Source: Candidatus Bathyarchaeota archaeon (GTDB lineage Archaea; Thermoproteota; Bathyarchaeia; 40CM-2-53-6). Taken from it: a stretch of 64,000 bases of DNA. Where the stretch lies: positions 70,403 to 134,402 of the forward strand of contig CAWHWX010000012.1 of NCBI GenBank assembly GCA_963833125.1, given 5' to 3'. The stretch's first letter is position 1; the number at the start of each line of letters is the position of its first letter. Below, in pieces: positions 10,103 through 18,740 of this stretch. A program made the position numbers and the translations under genes. The notes beneath the pieces are model-generated. The model had not been told where the DNA came from. It saw nothing but the letters and a program-made list of their open reading frames with translations, and searched no databases.

Positions 10103-10797
10103 GCAAGCATCTTGCCGAGAGTGGTTAAGATGACTTTGGTCTTTCCTCTGGAATGTCTCGTGGCTCTCGCGAGGCCTAGGTCAATTAAGCCACGGGCGTC
10201 TTCCGATCCGTGGATGTGGTAGCTCAAAAGCGGTTTCCCGTAATTGGTCAGCTTGCTAAGTTCGTCTAGGCTGTCAACCTCTCCACCTGCCTTATCCAAC
10301 GCTCGGAGTATGCTCATCTTCACCTCCGATACCATTTCTGTATAGCTTAGCTTCATTGGTGGAAGCATCACGCATTCATCTCCTTTGCAGAAGAATGCCT
10401 TGAAGCCTAGGATGAATGAGGTGACGGCTGCCGCGATGCAAATCATCTTGTCTCCTCCGCTGACGTTCAGCAGAAAGTCTTCGTAATTGTCGCGGTTTTT
10501 CTCGACGATCTCTGAAAATACTTGCATGATATCCTTGTATGAGTGTTCGGGTCTAATCTTATCGTGTACCTCCACTTCTGTCTTGAGCGTTTCACTGATA
10601 GTCGTAGCGAGGCGTTTAGCAACCTCTTTGTCACGCTCATAACACAAGAGAACTAGTTTGTTCGCAGGCGCGTTTCTCACTCCTGAAAGGACTCCATCAG
10701 AATCGTCACCTACAGTTGCAATCTGCAATGTCTTCCGGAACGTCTCCTCTCCGTCATCCTCGGATTTCTTGGTTTGTCGAGTAGTAGCAGTCGGCAT
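10015..10797 (-). CDS. Csa3/CARF-like Rossmann domain + winged-HTH regulator
   Basis: The Rossmann-like N-domain ends in LLNVSGGDKMICIAAAV (CARF-type GG-x-K loop). The C-terminal wHTH is ILRALDKAGGEVDSLDELSKLT... Confidence 0.45.
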   Translation of the reverse strand: MPTATTRQTKKSEDDGEETFRKTLQIATVGDDSDGVLSGVRNAPANKLVLLCYERDKEVAKRLATTISETLKTEVEVHDKIRPEHSYKDIMQVFSEIVEKNRDNYEDFLLNVSGGDKMICIAAAVTSFILGFKAFFCKGDECVMLPPMKLSYTEMVSEVKMSILRALDKAGGEVDSLDELSKLTNYGKPLLSYHIHGSEDARGLIDLGLARATRHSRGKTKVILTTLGKMLACREDRRIAVLCSHYSKNPGVTGVSKLEK

Positions 10798-10969
10798 AAT
10801 GGACTCCCTAACCCTTCATTTACGAACCAGAATATGGCGACAAGTAAAGTCTGCCGGTCGAGAGAGTCACGGGTCAATCTGTCTCTCAGCTATCCGAAGA
10901 CCGCGACGTACCGTGCCGCGTGAAAATGCTTCTTAACTGAGCCCGCCAGTATTCCACACAGGACGAACG

Positions 10970-11785
10970 TTGTCGCTTAGGATAGGCTGCAGTGGTTGGT
11001 CGTACGCGGATTGGGTGGGGCCGTTTTACCCCAAAGAGACTGAGGCGAATCAATACCTAAGTCTCTATTCAAGAGTATTCGACTGCGTGGAGATAGATTC
11101 CACATTCTACCGCGCCCCGACACCCAGCATGGTCCAGCAATGGTACACCAACACTCCGAACGGATTCATATTCGCACCCAAACTCCCAAAACGAATAACG
11201 CATGACCAGCATTTGGAGGACGTTTCATCCTACCTATCACATTTCACAAGAACACTGGAACAGCTTCAAGAAAAACTAGGGCCATTTATCATACAACTTC
11301 CACCTTCATTCAAACTTTCCAAACATGAAAAGGCCCTAACGAACTTCATAGCAGAACTCAATCCGAAATCGAGGTATGCGATAGAGTTTCGACACAAGTC
11401 GTGGTTTAACCCGGACACGCAGAAGCTACTTGAGAATAACAATATCTGCCAAGTCTGGTCCGTTAACCAATACCTCACAACTCCTCCAACCGTCACCTCT
11501 GACATAGTTTACCTTCGTCTCGTTGGAGACCGGGCTTTGACAGAGTTCAAAGAGAAGCAAAGGGATCAGACCGAAATAATGCAAACGTGGAAGAAAGCCC
11601 TAGATGAGGTAGGCGACTCGGTGAAGGATCGCTTCATTTTCTTCAACAACCACTTCGCCGGTTTCGGTCCAGCCTCCGTTAACGAATTCAGGCGCTTGAT
11701 GGGATTGGTGGAGTTGGACTGGTCGAGCCTGACGGGCGGCTCTAAGACGCAGAGGACACTCTTCGACTTCGCAAACGGAGGCTAA
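10970..11785 (+). CDS. DUF72 (UPF0759) family protein
   Basis: RIGCSGWSYADWVGPFYP...EIDSTFY is the diagnostic DUF72 N-terminus. Confidence 0.8.
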   Translation: MSLRIGCSGWSYADWVGPFYPKETEANQYLSLYSRVFDCVEIDSTFYRAPTPSMVQQWYTNTPNGFIFAPKLPKRITHDQHLEDVSSYLSHFTRTLEQLQEKLGPFIIQLPPSFKLSKHEKALTNFIAELNPKSRYAIEFRHKSWFNPDTQKLLENNNICQVWSVNQYLTTPPTVTSDIVYLRLVGDRALTEFKEKQRDQTEIMQTWKKALDEVGDSVKDRFIFFNNHFAGFGPASVNEFRRLMGLVELDWSSLTGGSKTQRTLFDFANGG

Positions 11786-11796
11786 CAGCGCTGGCG

Positions 11797-12903
11797 TTGA
11801 CACGTGTCATTTTCCACGTTGACCTAGACGCATTCTACGCCTCTGTCGAACAGAGAGAGAATCCCGCGCTACGCGACGTTCCTCTTATCATTGGTGCAGA
11901 TCCGAAGAAGGGAAAGGGGAGAGGTGTGGTTGTTGCGTGCTCTTATGAGGCGAGAAAACGAGGGCTCCACTCTGGGCAGCCAATCTCGAGCGCATATCGG
12001 CTCTGTCCCGAGGGCGTGTATGTTCGACCAAATCTCGCGTTATACGGTCAAGTCTCTGCTGATGTCATGGATCGAATCAGGAAATATGCTGACAGGTTTG
12101 AGCAAGTAAGTATAGACGAGGCGTTCCTAGATGTTTCCAAGCGATCCCAAACCTCCGGCGGACCAATTGCTCTGGCGAAACAAATCAAGACTGAACTCAG
12201 CGAAAAAGAACGACTAACCTGTTCTATCGGAATAGCTCCAAACAAGTCCGCCGCCAAAATCGCCTCAGATTACCAGAAACCAGACGGACTTACGAACATT
12301 GAGCCCGAACGAGTAAAGGAATTCCTCGCACCGCTTGCGGTCTCAAAGATTTCAGGAATAGGAAAGAAGACCGAGGCACGACTCAACGAGCTTGGAATCA
12401 AAACAATCGGTGACCTAGCCAAATATTCGCCGCGGTCCCTCTACAAGCAGTTCGGGAAGTCAGCAGTCTGGCTCTGGGCGATAGCGAACGCCGAAGAGCG
12501 TGTCGAAGTCCAAGAGAATTACGAGATGAAGTCGATTGGTGGAGAACATACCTTCGAGGTCGATACGAACGATTGGTTGACCGTGAATGAGCAATTGGTT
12601 AACCTGGTCGATTATGTTCACAAGCGTTTGATCGAAGCGAACATGACTTTTCGCACGGTGGGATTGAAGATACGTTTCACGGGGTTTGAAACATATACAC
12701 GAGAGAAGACTTTGCGATTCTCAACCGCCGACAAACAGTCAATCCTAAGCACAATTCAAGAACTTCTTGAAGAATTCAGAGGCCGCCCCAAGAAGGTACG
12801 ACTGGTTGGAGTAAGACTAACTGGTCTCACCGAAACGCCAGCGAAATCTACAACGAAAGCAACGTTAGATACATTCGTGTCCCCAGGCGCTAGGAAGCTG
12901 TGA
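11797..12903 (+). CDS. dinB: Y-family DNA polymerase IV (Dpo4/Dbh type)
   Basis: IFHVDLDAFYASVEQRENP...VSIDEAFLDV...SIGIAPNK are conserved Y-family motifs. Confidence 0.9.
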   Translation: MTRVIFHVDLDAFYASVEQRENPALRDVPLIIGADPKKGKGRGVVVACSYEARKRGLHSGQPISSAYRLCPEGVYVRPNLALYGQVSADVMDRIRKYADRFEQVSIDEAFLDVSKRSQTSGGPIALAKQIKTELSEKERLTCSIGIAPNKSAAKIASDYQKPDGLTNIEPERVKEFLAPLAVSKISGIGKKTEARLNELGIKTIGDLAKYSPRSLYKQFGKSAVWLWAIANAEERVEVQENYEMKSIGGEHTFEVDTNDWLTVNEQLVNLVDYVHKRLIEANMTFRTVGLKIRFTGFETYTREKTLRFSTADKQSILSTIQELLEEFRGRPKKVRLVGVRLTGLTETPAKSTTKATLDTFVSPGARKL

Positions 12904-13795
12904 CGAGTTCCGGCACCAATCCAATCATGATTGACCTTAGAGCTGCAATTTCTTCGGTGTTCATTTGGCGTAATGGCGGCCTAACATTCCCTGATTTCAG
13001 CCCTCGCATCTTCAAGACCTCTAGGAGAGGGGTAAGAGGAGGACTGCTCATGGCGGCGCGCAGGGAGTGAATCTTCTTTTGCAGTCTTCCTCCCTTCGTA
13101 AGGTCGCTCGCCTTGTAGGCCTCATACATCTCCACAAAGAGTTCCGGAAATGGATTGGCGGTTGCCGAGACGCCAGCGTTCACCCCCGCACATAGTGCTG
13201 AGAATAGGTAAGAGTCGGTTCCATTTATCACAGAGAACCCTTGCGGCGCGGCTCCCAAATAGTCCAGCAACTGTACGAAGTCACGGCTACTGTCCTTGAT
13301 TCCCACGATATTTGGAATACGACTAAGTTGAACAAGCAGCTTAGCGTCGACATTATTTCCAGTGTTGCTAGGAATATTATACACTAAGACTGGCAGCTTC
13401 GTTGACGCAGCCAGACGCTTGTAATGTTCTATGGTTGCATCATTTCCAGGATGATAATAGAATGGCGTCAAGGAGGCTATGGCGTCGGCCCCACAGTTCT
13501 CTGCATGTCTCGCCAAATCAATGCTCACGGTAGGATCGGCTGCGCCTACCTGAACAATAACGGGGACTCTGCGCTGCGCCTCCTTCACCACAATCTCCGC
13601 AACCCGCTTCCTTTCCTCCGTTTCCATCGCCGGTCCCATACCGGTCGTACCGAGCGGGAACAAGCCGTTAACGCCACTCTTGATTTGGAATTGGACGAGC
13701 TGGCGAATAGCCTCCTCATCGACTTGACCATTATTCGAAAAAGGCGTAACTAAGGCGGTAATGATTCCGTGTAATCGCAAATCTCTCTGCATCAT
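12890..13795 (-). CDS. DapA/DHDPS-family class I aldolase
   Basis: GIITALVTPF...GTTG...YNIP...GIKDSS (Schiff-base Lys). Substrate cannot be assigned from sequence alone. Confidence 0.8.
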   Translation of the reverse strand: MMQRDLRLHGIITALVTPFSNNGQVDEEAIRQLVQFQIKSGVNGLFPLGTTGMGPAMETEERKRVAEIVVKEAQRRVPVIVQVGAADPTVSIDLARHAENCGADAIASLTPFYYHPGNDATIEHYKRLAASTKLPVLVYNIPSNTGNNVDAKLLVQLSRIPNIVGIKDSSRDFVQLLDYLGAAPQGFSVINGTDSYLFSALCAGVNAGVSATANPFPELFVEMYEAYKASDLTKGGRLQKKIHSLRAAMSSPPLTPLLEVLKMRGLKSGNVRPPLRQMNTEEIAALRSIMIGLVPELVTAS

Positions 13796-13931
13796 GAGTC
13801 TCTTGCACCGAGGATGGGAAGTTCAGGCCTAGCTCATGAGTACAGTCATATAATCCCATACGCAGCCTAGTCGGTTTTCCCAAATCGACGAGTATCCGCG
13901 TGTGCGGAATCGTCGACTTTTTTTGGTGAGA

Positions 13932-14519
13932 CTAGGACTTTCGCCGTTCTAAGAAACGGGTGAGGCGAGTGGCCATTTTTAGGGCGATTCTCCCTGGAAG
14001 AGTCACCAGGTAACGCCCACGGTCTCCCTCCTGAATTACAAGCCCAGCCTCTTGAAGTATTTTCAAGTGGTTCGAGATCGTGCTTGGAGAAATGTCCTTG
14101 AGAACAGATTCGATCTCGCTTGCGTATCTCCCACCGTAAAGTAGTTCGTTTAGAATCCGCAGTCGATGTTCGCTAGCCATCGCACTCATCAATGTTGCAG
14201 CGCGGTCGGCTTCTGCTGGGGTGATCGCTCTTGCCTGTACTCTCGCTATGTGACGGTCGAACCAAGCCCCGGTTGGATCGACGAAGACTGATTTTTCAAT
14301 CTCAGAGGAAATGCCAGACGTAACGCTCTCGACAACGTCGTTCACATATTCTGATAATGATTGAGCAAAGTTTCGTTTGGGCGATTCATTGCCTCGCATG
14401 TTCTGCGGCGGTATGGCATTTGAGATTCGTTGAACTTCTTCACGGAGTTTGGCAACTTCTTCCTCTAGTTGGTCGATGTTTGATGAAGGGTTCGATTTAT
14501 CCACCATGTTAATCATCAT
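13932..14519 (-). CDS. ArsR-family wHTH regulator with N-terminal coiled-coil extension
   Basis: HRLRILNELLYGGRYASEIESVLKDISPSTISNHLKILQEAGLV. Confidence 0.75.
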   Translation of the reverse strand: MMINMVDKSNPSSNIDQLEEEVAKLREEVQRISNAIPPQNMRGNESPKRNFAQSLSEYVNDVVESVTSGISSEIEKSVFVDPTGAWFDRHIARVQARAITPAEADRAATLMSAMASEHRLRILNELLYGGRYASEIESVLKDISPSTISNHLKILQEAGLVIQEGDRGRYLVTLPGRIALKMATRLTRFLERRKS

Positions 14520-14676
14520 CGAATTGAATTAGTGTAACATCGAATTAGATTCGAGAATAATAAAGCTTTCGTGGAATAATCCGCCAAGTCGTTCTTTTAG
14601 TTTAGAGATTGGAAAAACGGGGGGACTCCAGTCCTAATCCGCTTATATCGGGTGCTCTCGCGATGGGGACTAACCC

Positions 14677-15519
14677 ATGCAGGAGATCGCTACGGGCGCA
14701 ATTTCTTCTCTCCACGCCAGCGGCGAGCATGTTCCTAAGGATGTCCTCGCGTTAGAATACAACCCGGAGAAGAAGCTCGCACACTTTGTGGTCACACTGA
14801 GGAATGTGCCGGGAGCGCTTGAGTTCTCGGCCGCGATTGCCACGAAGCATAAAGTAAACATCCTGTCGGGGTTCCATCACGCTCCATCTGCTTCCAGCCA
14901 GGCATTCTGGAGCTTCTTCGCGGACTTTACCGACGCGGGAATCGGCCCAAACGAACTCGCAAAGGAGCTCGAGTTTCTTCCATCGACTGTGGAAGTTCGC
15001 TTCAAAGTTCCACGAAAAGGTCTGTTGATCGATTCGTTCCATTTTCCACTTCGGTGGGGTGGACAGCGTGCAATCATATTGCGGACGGAATCCATCGCAT
15101 CAATCTTCTCTCGAATCATGGGCGTATTTGGTGACGGAGCAGCGGCGAGGGTCGTGATGTATGAAATGGGGGAGGCAGCGGGCAGGGCGATTATGAAAGA
15201 TCTTCTCGCTCAACTTGGAGGAGATATCGTAAGGGATGAACTTCGTTCAATAGTTGGGTTATACTCATCGAACGGATGGGGCATATTCGACCTGGTTTCA
15301 ATGGACCTGGATCAAAAGAAGGCTGAATTTCGGGTTCGCGACAACTTTGAGTGTGTACATTACAAGGAATCCGTTCTCCCGAGAAGTAATTTCCTTCGAG
15401 GTCACATTGCTGGTTGGTTCTCGGAACTAGTCGGCAGCCGCGTAGAAGTGGTAGAGCAGTACTGTGAGGCGAAATCGGATCCATTCTGCTATTTTGTGGT
15501 TCGGCCCACAACCCTGTGA
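14677..15519 (+). CDS. ACT-like + V4R (4-vinyl reductase) small-molecule-binding domain protein
   Basis: N-terminal HFVVTLRNVPGALEFSAAIA is ACT-like. The C-terminal part (GWGIFDL...FRVRDNFEC...GHIAGWFSEL...CEAKSDPFCYF) is V4R-like. Confidence 0.6.
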   Translation: MQEIATGAISSLHASGEHVPKDVLALEYNPEKKLAHFVVTLRNVPGALEFSAAIATKHKVNILSGFHHAPSASSQAFWSFFADFTDAGIGPNELAKELEFLPSTVEVRFKVPRKGLLIDSFHFPLRWGGQRAIILRTESIASIFSRIMGVFGDGAAARVVMYEMGEAAGRAIMKDLLAQLGGDIVRDELRSIVGLYSSNGWGIFDLVSMDLDQKKAEFRVRDNFECVHYKESVLPRSNFLRGHIAGWFSELVGSRVEVVEQYCEAKSDPFCYFVVRPTTL

Positions 15520-15648
15520 TCAATGTTTGCTTACTCTACGATAGATTGAAAGTGGGGAAAGACAGCTACAACGCCTTGGTAATGGAAAACGGAACTAAAA
15601 TCTGCTGATTTCAATGGCGAATTTCTGAGGAATAAAGATACACTTGCG

Positions 15649-15927
15649 GTGCTTTTCCTCGCGTCGTGGTGTCCGTTCTGCACTCGATTCTACCCGTTAT
15701 TTCAAACCACCGCGGAGAAGAATAGCATTGCTTGGGCCACTGTGGATATTAGCGAGGACGAGAATCCACTTTGGGAGATATTCAGCATCGGGGTCGTCCC
15801 AACCATTATCATCTTCAAAGAGGGTAAGGCAGTGTTTAGAAGGGACGGGAGTCTCGGGCGAGGCCTTTCTCAGAAGGCGATTGACGAGAGTATAACTCAG
15901 ATGAAGTTACTATCGACGACAAGCTAA
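15649..15927 (+). CDS. thioredoxin-like protein (WCPFC); N-terminus probably lost to a frameshift
   Basis: LFLASWCPFC...VPTIIIF. ATG 15582 (MENGTK) joins this frame if one A of the AAAA run at 15597-15600 is removed. Confidence 0.7.
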   Translation: MLFLASWCPFCTRFYPLFQTTAEKNSIAWATVDISEDENPLWEIFSIGVVPTIIIFKEGKAVFRRDGSLGRGLSQKAIDESITQMKLLSTTS

Positions 15928-15944
15928 GCCGCCTGCGTGGATCA

Positions 15945-16244
15945 TTATTCGTAGACGAGTTCTCGTTCCAGAGGCCTACCTTTCCGATACTTCCATATCT
16001 CTACCCTTCCGCGATAGGCCTTGCCCCAAAGCTTCAAGGTTCTTCGTTCTGCTTCCGTTGCCCTTCCTTTCCCGCTCTTCACCTGAACCATAAGAATTCT
16101 TCCCGCCCGACCTGCGAAGATATCTACGGGACCATGTGAGGCTGCGCTACGACTGCAAAACCATCCTTCCTCCCGTAGTTTCCTTAAAACTTGGTATTCG
16201 CGGCTACGACCTCGTGTGTACGGCGTCGAGACCATTCTTTCCAC
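15945..16244 (-). CDS. small PD-(D/E)xK nuclease, Hjc/YraN-like
   Basis: RGRSREYQVLRKLREEGW...PVDIFA...LMVQVKSGK matches the E...D...(E/Q)xK layout of archaeal Holliday-junction resolvase-like nucleases. Confidence 0.5.
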   Translation of the reverse strand: MERMVSTPYTRGRSREYQVLRKLREEGWFCSRSAASHGPVDIFAGRAGRILMVQVKSGKGRATEAERRTLKLWGKAYRGRVEIWKYRKGRPLERELVYE

Positions 16245-16500
16245 TCCATCCTCCTAACCCCAAATTAGTTCCCCTTTCTCTCTTAATCACGTCGAGTGCC
16301 TCTTGATCGTTAACTTAGACTCGTGCCCAGCTAGCTTAGGGTGGCGGGACATGACTTGATTCATAATAGACGTACGGGTTGATCCAATTTTCATTGAACC
16401 AGTCTAAAACGAATCCTCTTTCAGCAATTAACCAACACCATAGAGTGTTGTAAAATACTTAAGCTTCGAAATCCGACACGTCGAATCGAGACGGCTGACT

Positions 16501-18156
16501 TTGGGGTCTTCAGGGCGATTGCTAGCGATTATTGCCTTATCCATCATGTTCGCCGCTCTCCATGTATCCTACGCATTTGCTGACAACAGCTACACAGTTA
16601 CTATCACAGTTCAGGGTTTACCGTCTTCCCTTTCAACGAAAGTCTACGTTGATGGGAGTTATAATGGAACACTGAGCGGTGGGAGCTCAGACACGTTAAC
16701 GCTTTCAATAAATGACAACCCGCATGCCATCTTGGTTGATTCTTATGTGCAAGGGACCGGAAATGGGACACGATATTACGAGAATGATACAGTGTGGGGT
16801 ATCAGCTCACCAGGCAGCCATATGTTCACTTACGTCGCTCAATATTTTCTGTCCGTGGAAACCGCCTTTAGCTCAGCTACAGGCCAATCGTGGTACAACG
16901 CAGGTTCGACTGCTCAGGCCGTGCTTAACGATCAACAAATTGTCGAGGGGCAAGGAACGCGAAACATATTCACAGGTTGGTCTGGCGACGCGACAGGGAC
17001 GCAATTGACTTCGAATGCAATAATTATGGACGGACCAAAGGTCGCAACCGCGAATTGGAAAACCCAGTTTTACTTAACCATTGAATCTAACCCAGCGAAC
17101 GTCACTAGCTTGACAGGTTCTGGGTGGTATGATTCGGGCGTAGACGCTAACTTTTCTGCTGTTATGGTAGCGTCTGGGACATCGAATACGCGCTTGGAGT
17201 TCGATCATTGGAGCGGTGAATACACAGGGCAGCAACCTTCGGGGATGGTGTTGATGGATCGTCCAAAAATTGTCAGTGCCAATTATCTTGTTCAATACCT
17301 TCTGACCGTTATGTACTCCTCACCGAGCGTTTCATCCTCATACAACGAGACTCACGCAGGTTGGTACGCTGCGAATTCTAGCGTGCAACTCGGGCCCGCA
17401 CCATCAATTATCAATTTGAGTACCGTGGAGCGGTTGCGATTTATCGGTTGGTCTGACAACGGTTCTGTATCGAAGAATCTATCGTACTCTGTTTTGGTAG
17501 TTGGGCCACTAAACGTAACTCTCTCCTACACGACGCAATACTATGTTGACGTACGCTCTACATACGGAACGGCTTCCGGTTCGGGTTGGTACGATCGAGG
17601 GACAACCGCAACGATTACCTCCCCAACTACTTCAGGCACCTGGCCCGTTTCGTATGCGCTGACCGGGTGGAGCGTTGACCCGCCCACCGGAACTCTGAAC
17701 AGTACAGAGAATTCGTGGATGTTAACCGTCAATGGGCCATACGTAGTACAGGCAGAATGGGGAGTAGATTACGTCCCACTGATCCTGCTCTTTGGCGGGA
17801 GCGCCGTCGCGTTTGCTGCTGTGGGAGTTACTGCGGTGGTAGTTCACAGGAGGAGTAAAGTTACCGGCAGATCTACTGCTCCTCGCCCGCAAAAAACCGG
17901 CCAGGCTATGTTAGGGTCGCTGGTAGTTTGCAACAGTTGCGGTAACAATGTGCCGAAGGGCGCGGAGTTCTGCGAGAAATGCGGAGCCCCGATCGCGCCA
18001 CTCATCGAACCTTCAACGGAGAATAAGGTATACGACTACATCGTAAAACACGAGGGTATAATTTCCTTGAGCGAAGCATCAGCAGATCTTGCGATACCTG
18101 TTGAGCAGCTAAAGGAAATAACTGAGCGTTTGAAGAGAGAGGGCCGTTTAAGTTAG
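16501..18156 (+). CDS. membrane protein: extracellular InlB-B-repeat-like domains, one TM, then cytoplasmic zinc ribbon + wHTH
   Basis: Signal anchor, then four or more repeats ending F/L-x-GWSGD/HWSGE/GWSDN/GWSVD. TM is LILLFGGSAVAFAAVGVTAVVV, followed by CNSCGNNVPKGAEFCEKCG and YDYIVKHEGIISLSEASADL. Confidence 0.65.
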   Translation: MGSSGRLLAIIALSIMFAALHVSYAFADNSYTVTITVQGLPSSLSTKVYVDGSYNGTLSGGSSDTLTLSINDNPHAILVDSYVQGTGNGTRYYENDTVWGISSPGSHMFTYVAQYFLSVETAFSSATGQSWYNAGSTAQAVLNDQQIVEGQGTRNIFTGWSGDATGTQLTSNAIIMDGPKVATANWKTQFYLTIESNPANVTSLTGSGWYDSGVDANFSAVMVASGTSNTRLEFDHWSGEYTGQQPSGMVLMDRPKIVSANYLVQYLLTVMYSSPSVSSSYNETHAGWYAANSSVQLGPAPSIINLSTVERLRFIGWSDNGSVSKNLSYSVLVVGPLNVTLSYTTQYYVDVRSTYGTASGSGWYDRGTTATITSPTTSGTWPVSYALTGWSVDPPTGTLNSTENSWMLTVNGPYVVQAEWGVDYVPLILLFGGSAVAFAAVGVTAVVVHRRSKVTGRSTAPRPQKTGQAMLGSLVVCNSCGNNVPKGAEFCEKCGAPIAPLIEPSTENKVYDYIVKHEGIISLSEASADLAIPVEQLKEITERLKREGRLS

Positions 18157-18593
18157 AAGAACGGATTCATGCCGTGTTCTGGTTGCTGGTACGTCGCCGG
18201 GTACTGTTGGTATTGGTACGGTTGGTACTGCTGTTGGTACTGCTGGGACTGCGCACTGAACTTCGGAGCTAGGCTCCAATAGCATTCCATGCAGAAGCTT
18301 AGAACTCCGTATTGCTTGTTGCAACCTGCACAAATCGACCTGCCGCACCGCGAACAAACAAATGCAGATGGTAGGTCATGGTGGTAGTAGCAGCTGCCCG
18401 GAGTTTGGATCTGTCTGGGAGTGTACATTGGAGGGGCTCGTGGGGTTGGAACGGTCTGGCCAGTTAATGGGGATTTCACTTCAACTTTGACTGGGGGAAA
18501 TCTTGAAAGTGCAGTGCCGCAACTGAAACAGAATCGTGCGTCCTCGGCGTTTGGTCTGCCGCATGATTGACAGGGAATCATATTCCGAACCAC
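18153..18593 (-). CDS. zinc-ribbon + B-box-like zinc-finger protein with Q/Y/P-rich tail
   Basis: CQSCGRPNAEDARFCFSCG, then C-x2-H-x8-C-x2-C-x4-C-x2-C-x9-C-x2-C (CYYHHDLPSAFVCSRCGRSICAGCNKQYGVLSFCMECY). Paralog of 22824-23666. The ATG alternative start is at 18581. Confidence 0.65.
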   Translation of the reverse strand: MVRNMIPCQSCGRPNAEDARFCFSCGTALSRFPPVKVEVKSPLTGQTVPTPRAPPMYTPRQIQTPGSCYYHHDLPSAFVCSRCGRSICAGCNKQYGVLSFCMECYWSLAPKFSAQSQQYQQQYQPYQYQQYPATYQQPEHGMNPFF

Positions 18594-18740
18594 TAAGCAA
18601 GTGTTTGTAGGCCGTTCTTAACGATTGCCCATTGAGAGAAGGCACGTGGATGGTTCGATTTCCCCATAGAAGCATGGAGTTAGGAAGGTTAGGTGGGAGG
18701 GAGTGTGTGAGAAACTGACATGAATATTTCAAAATCGATG

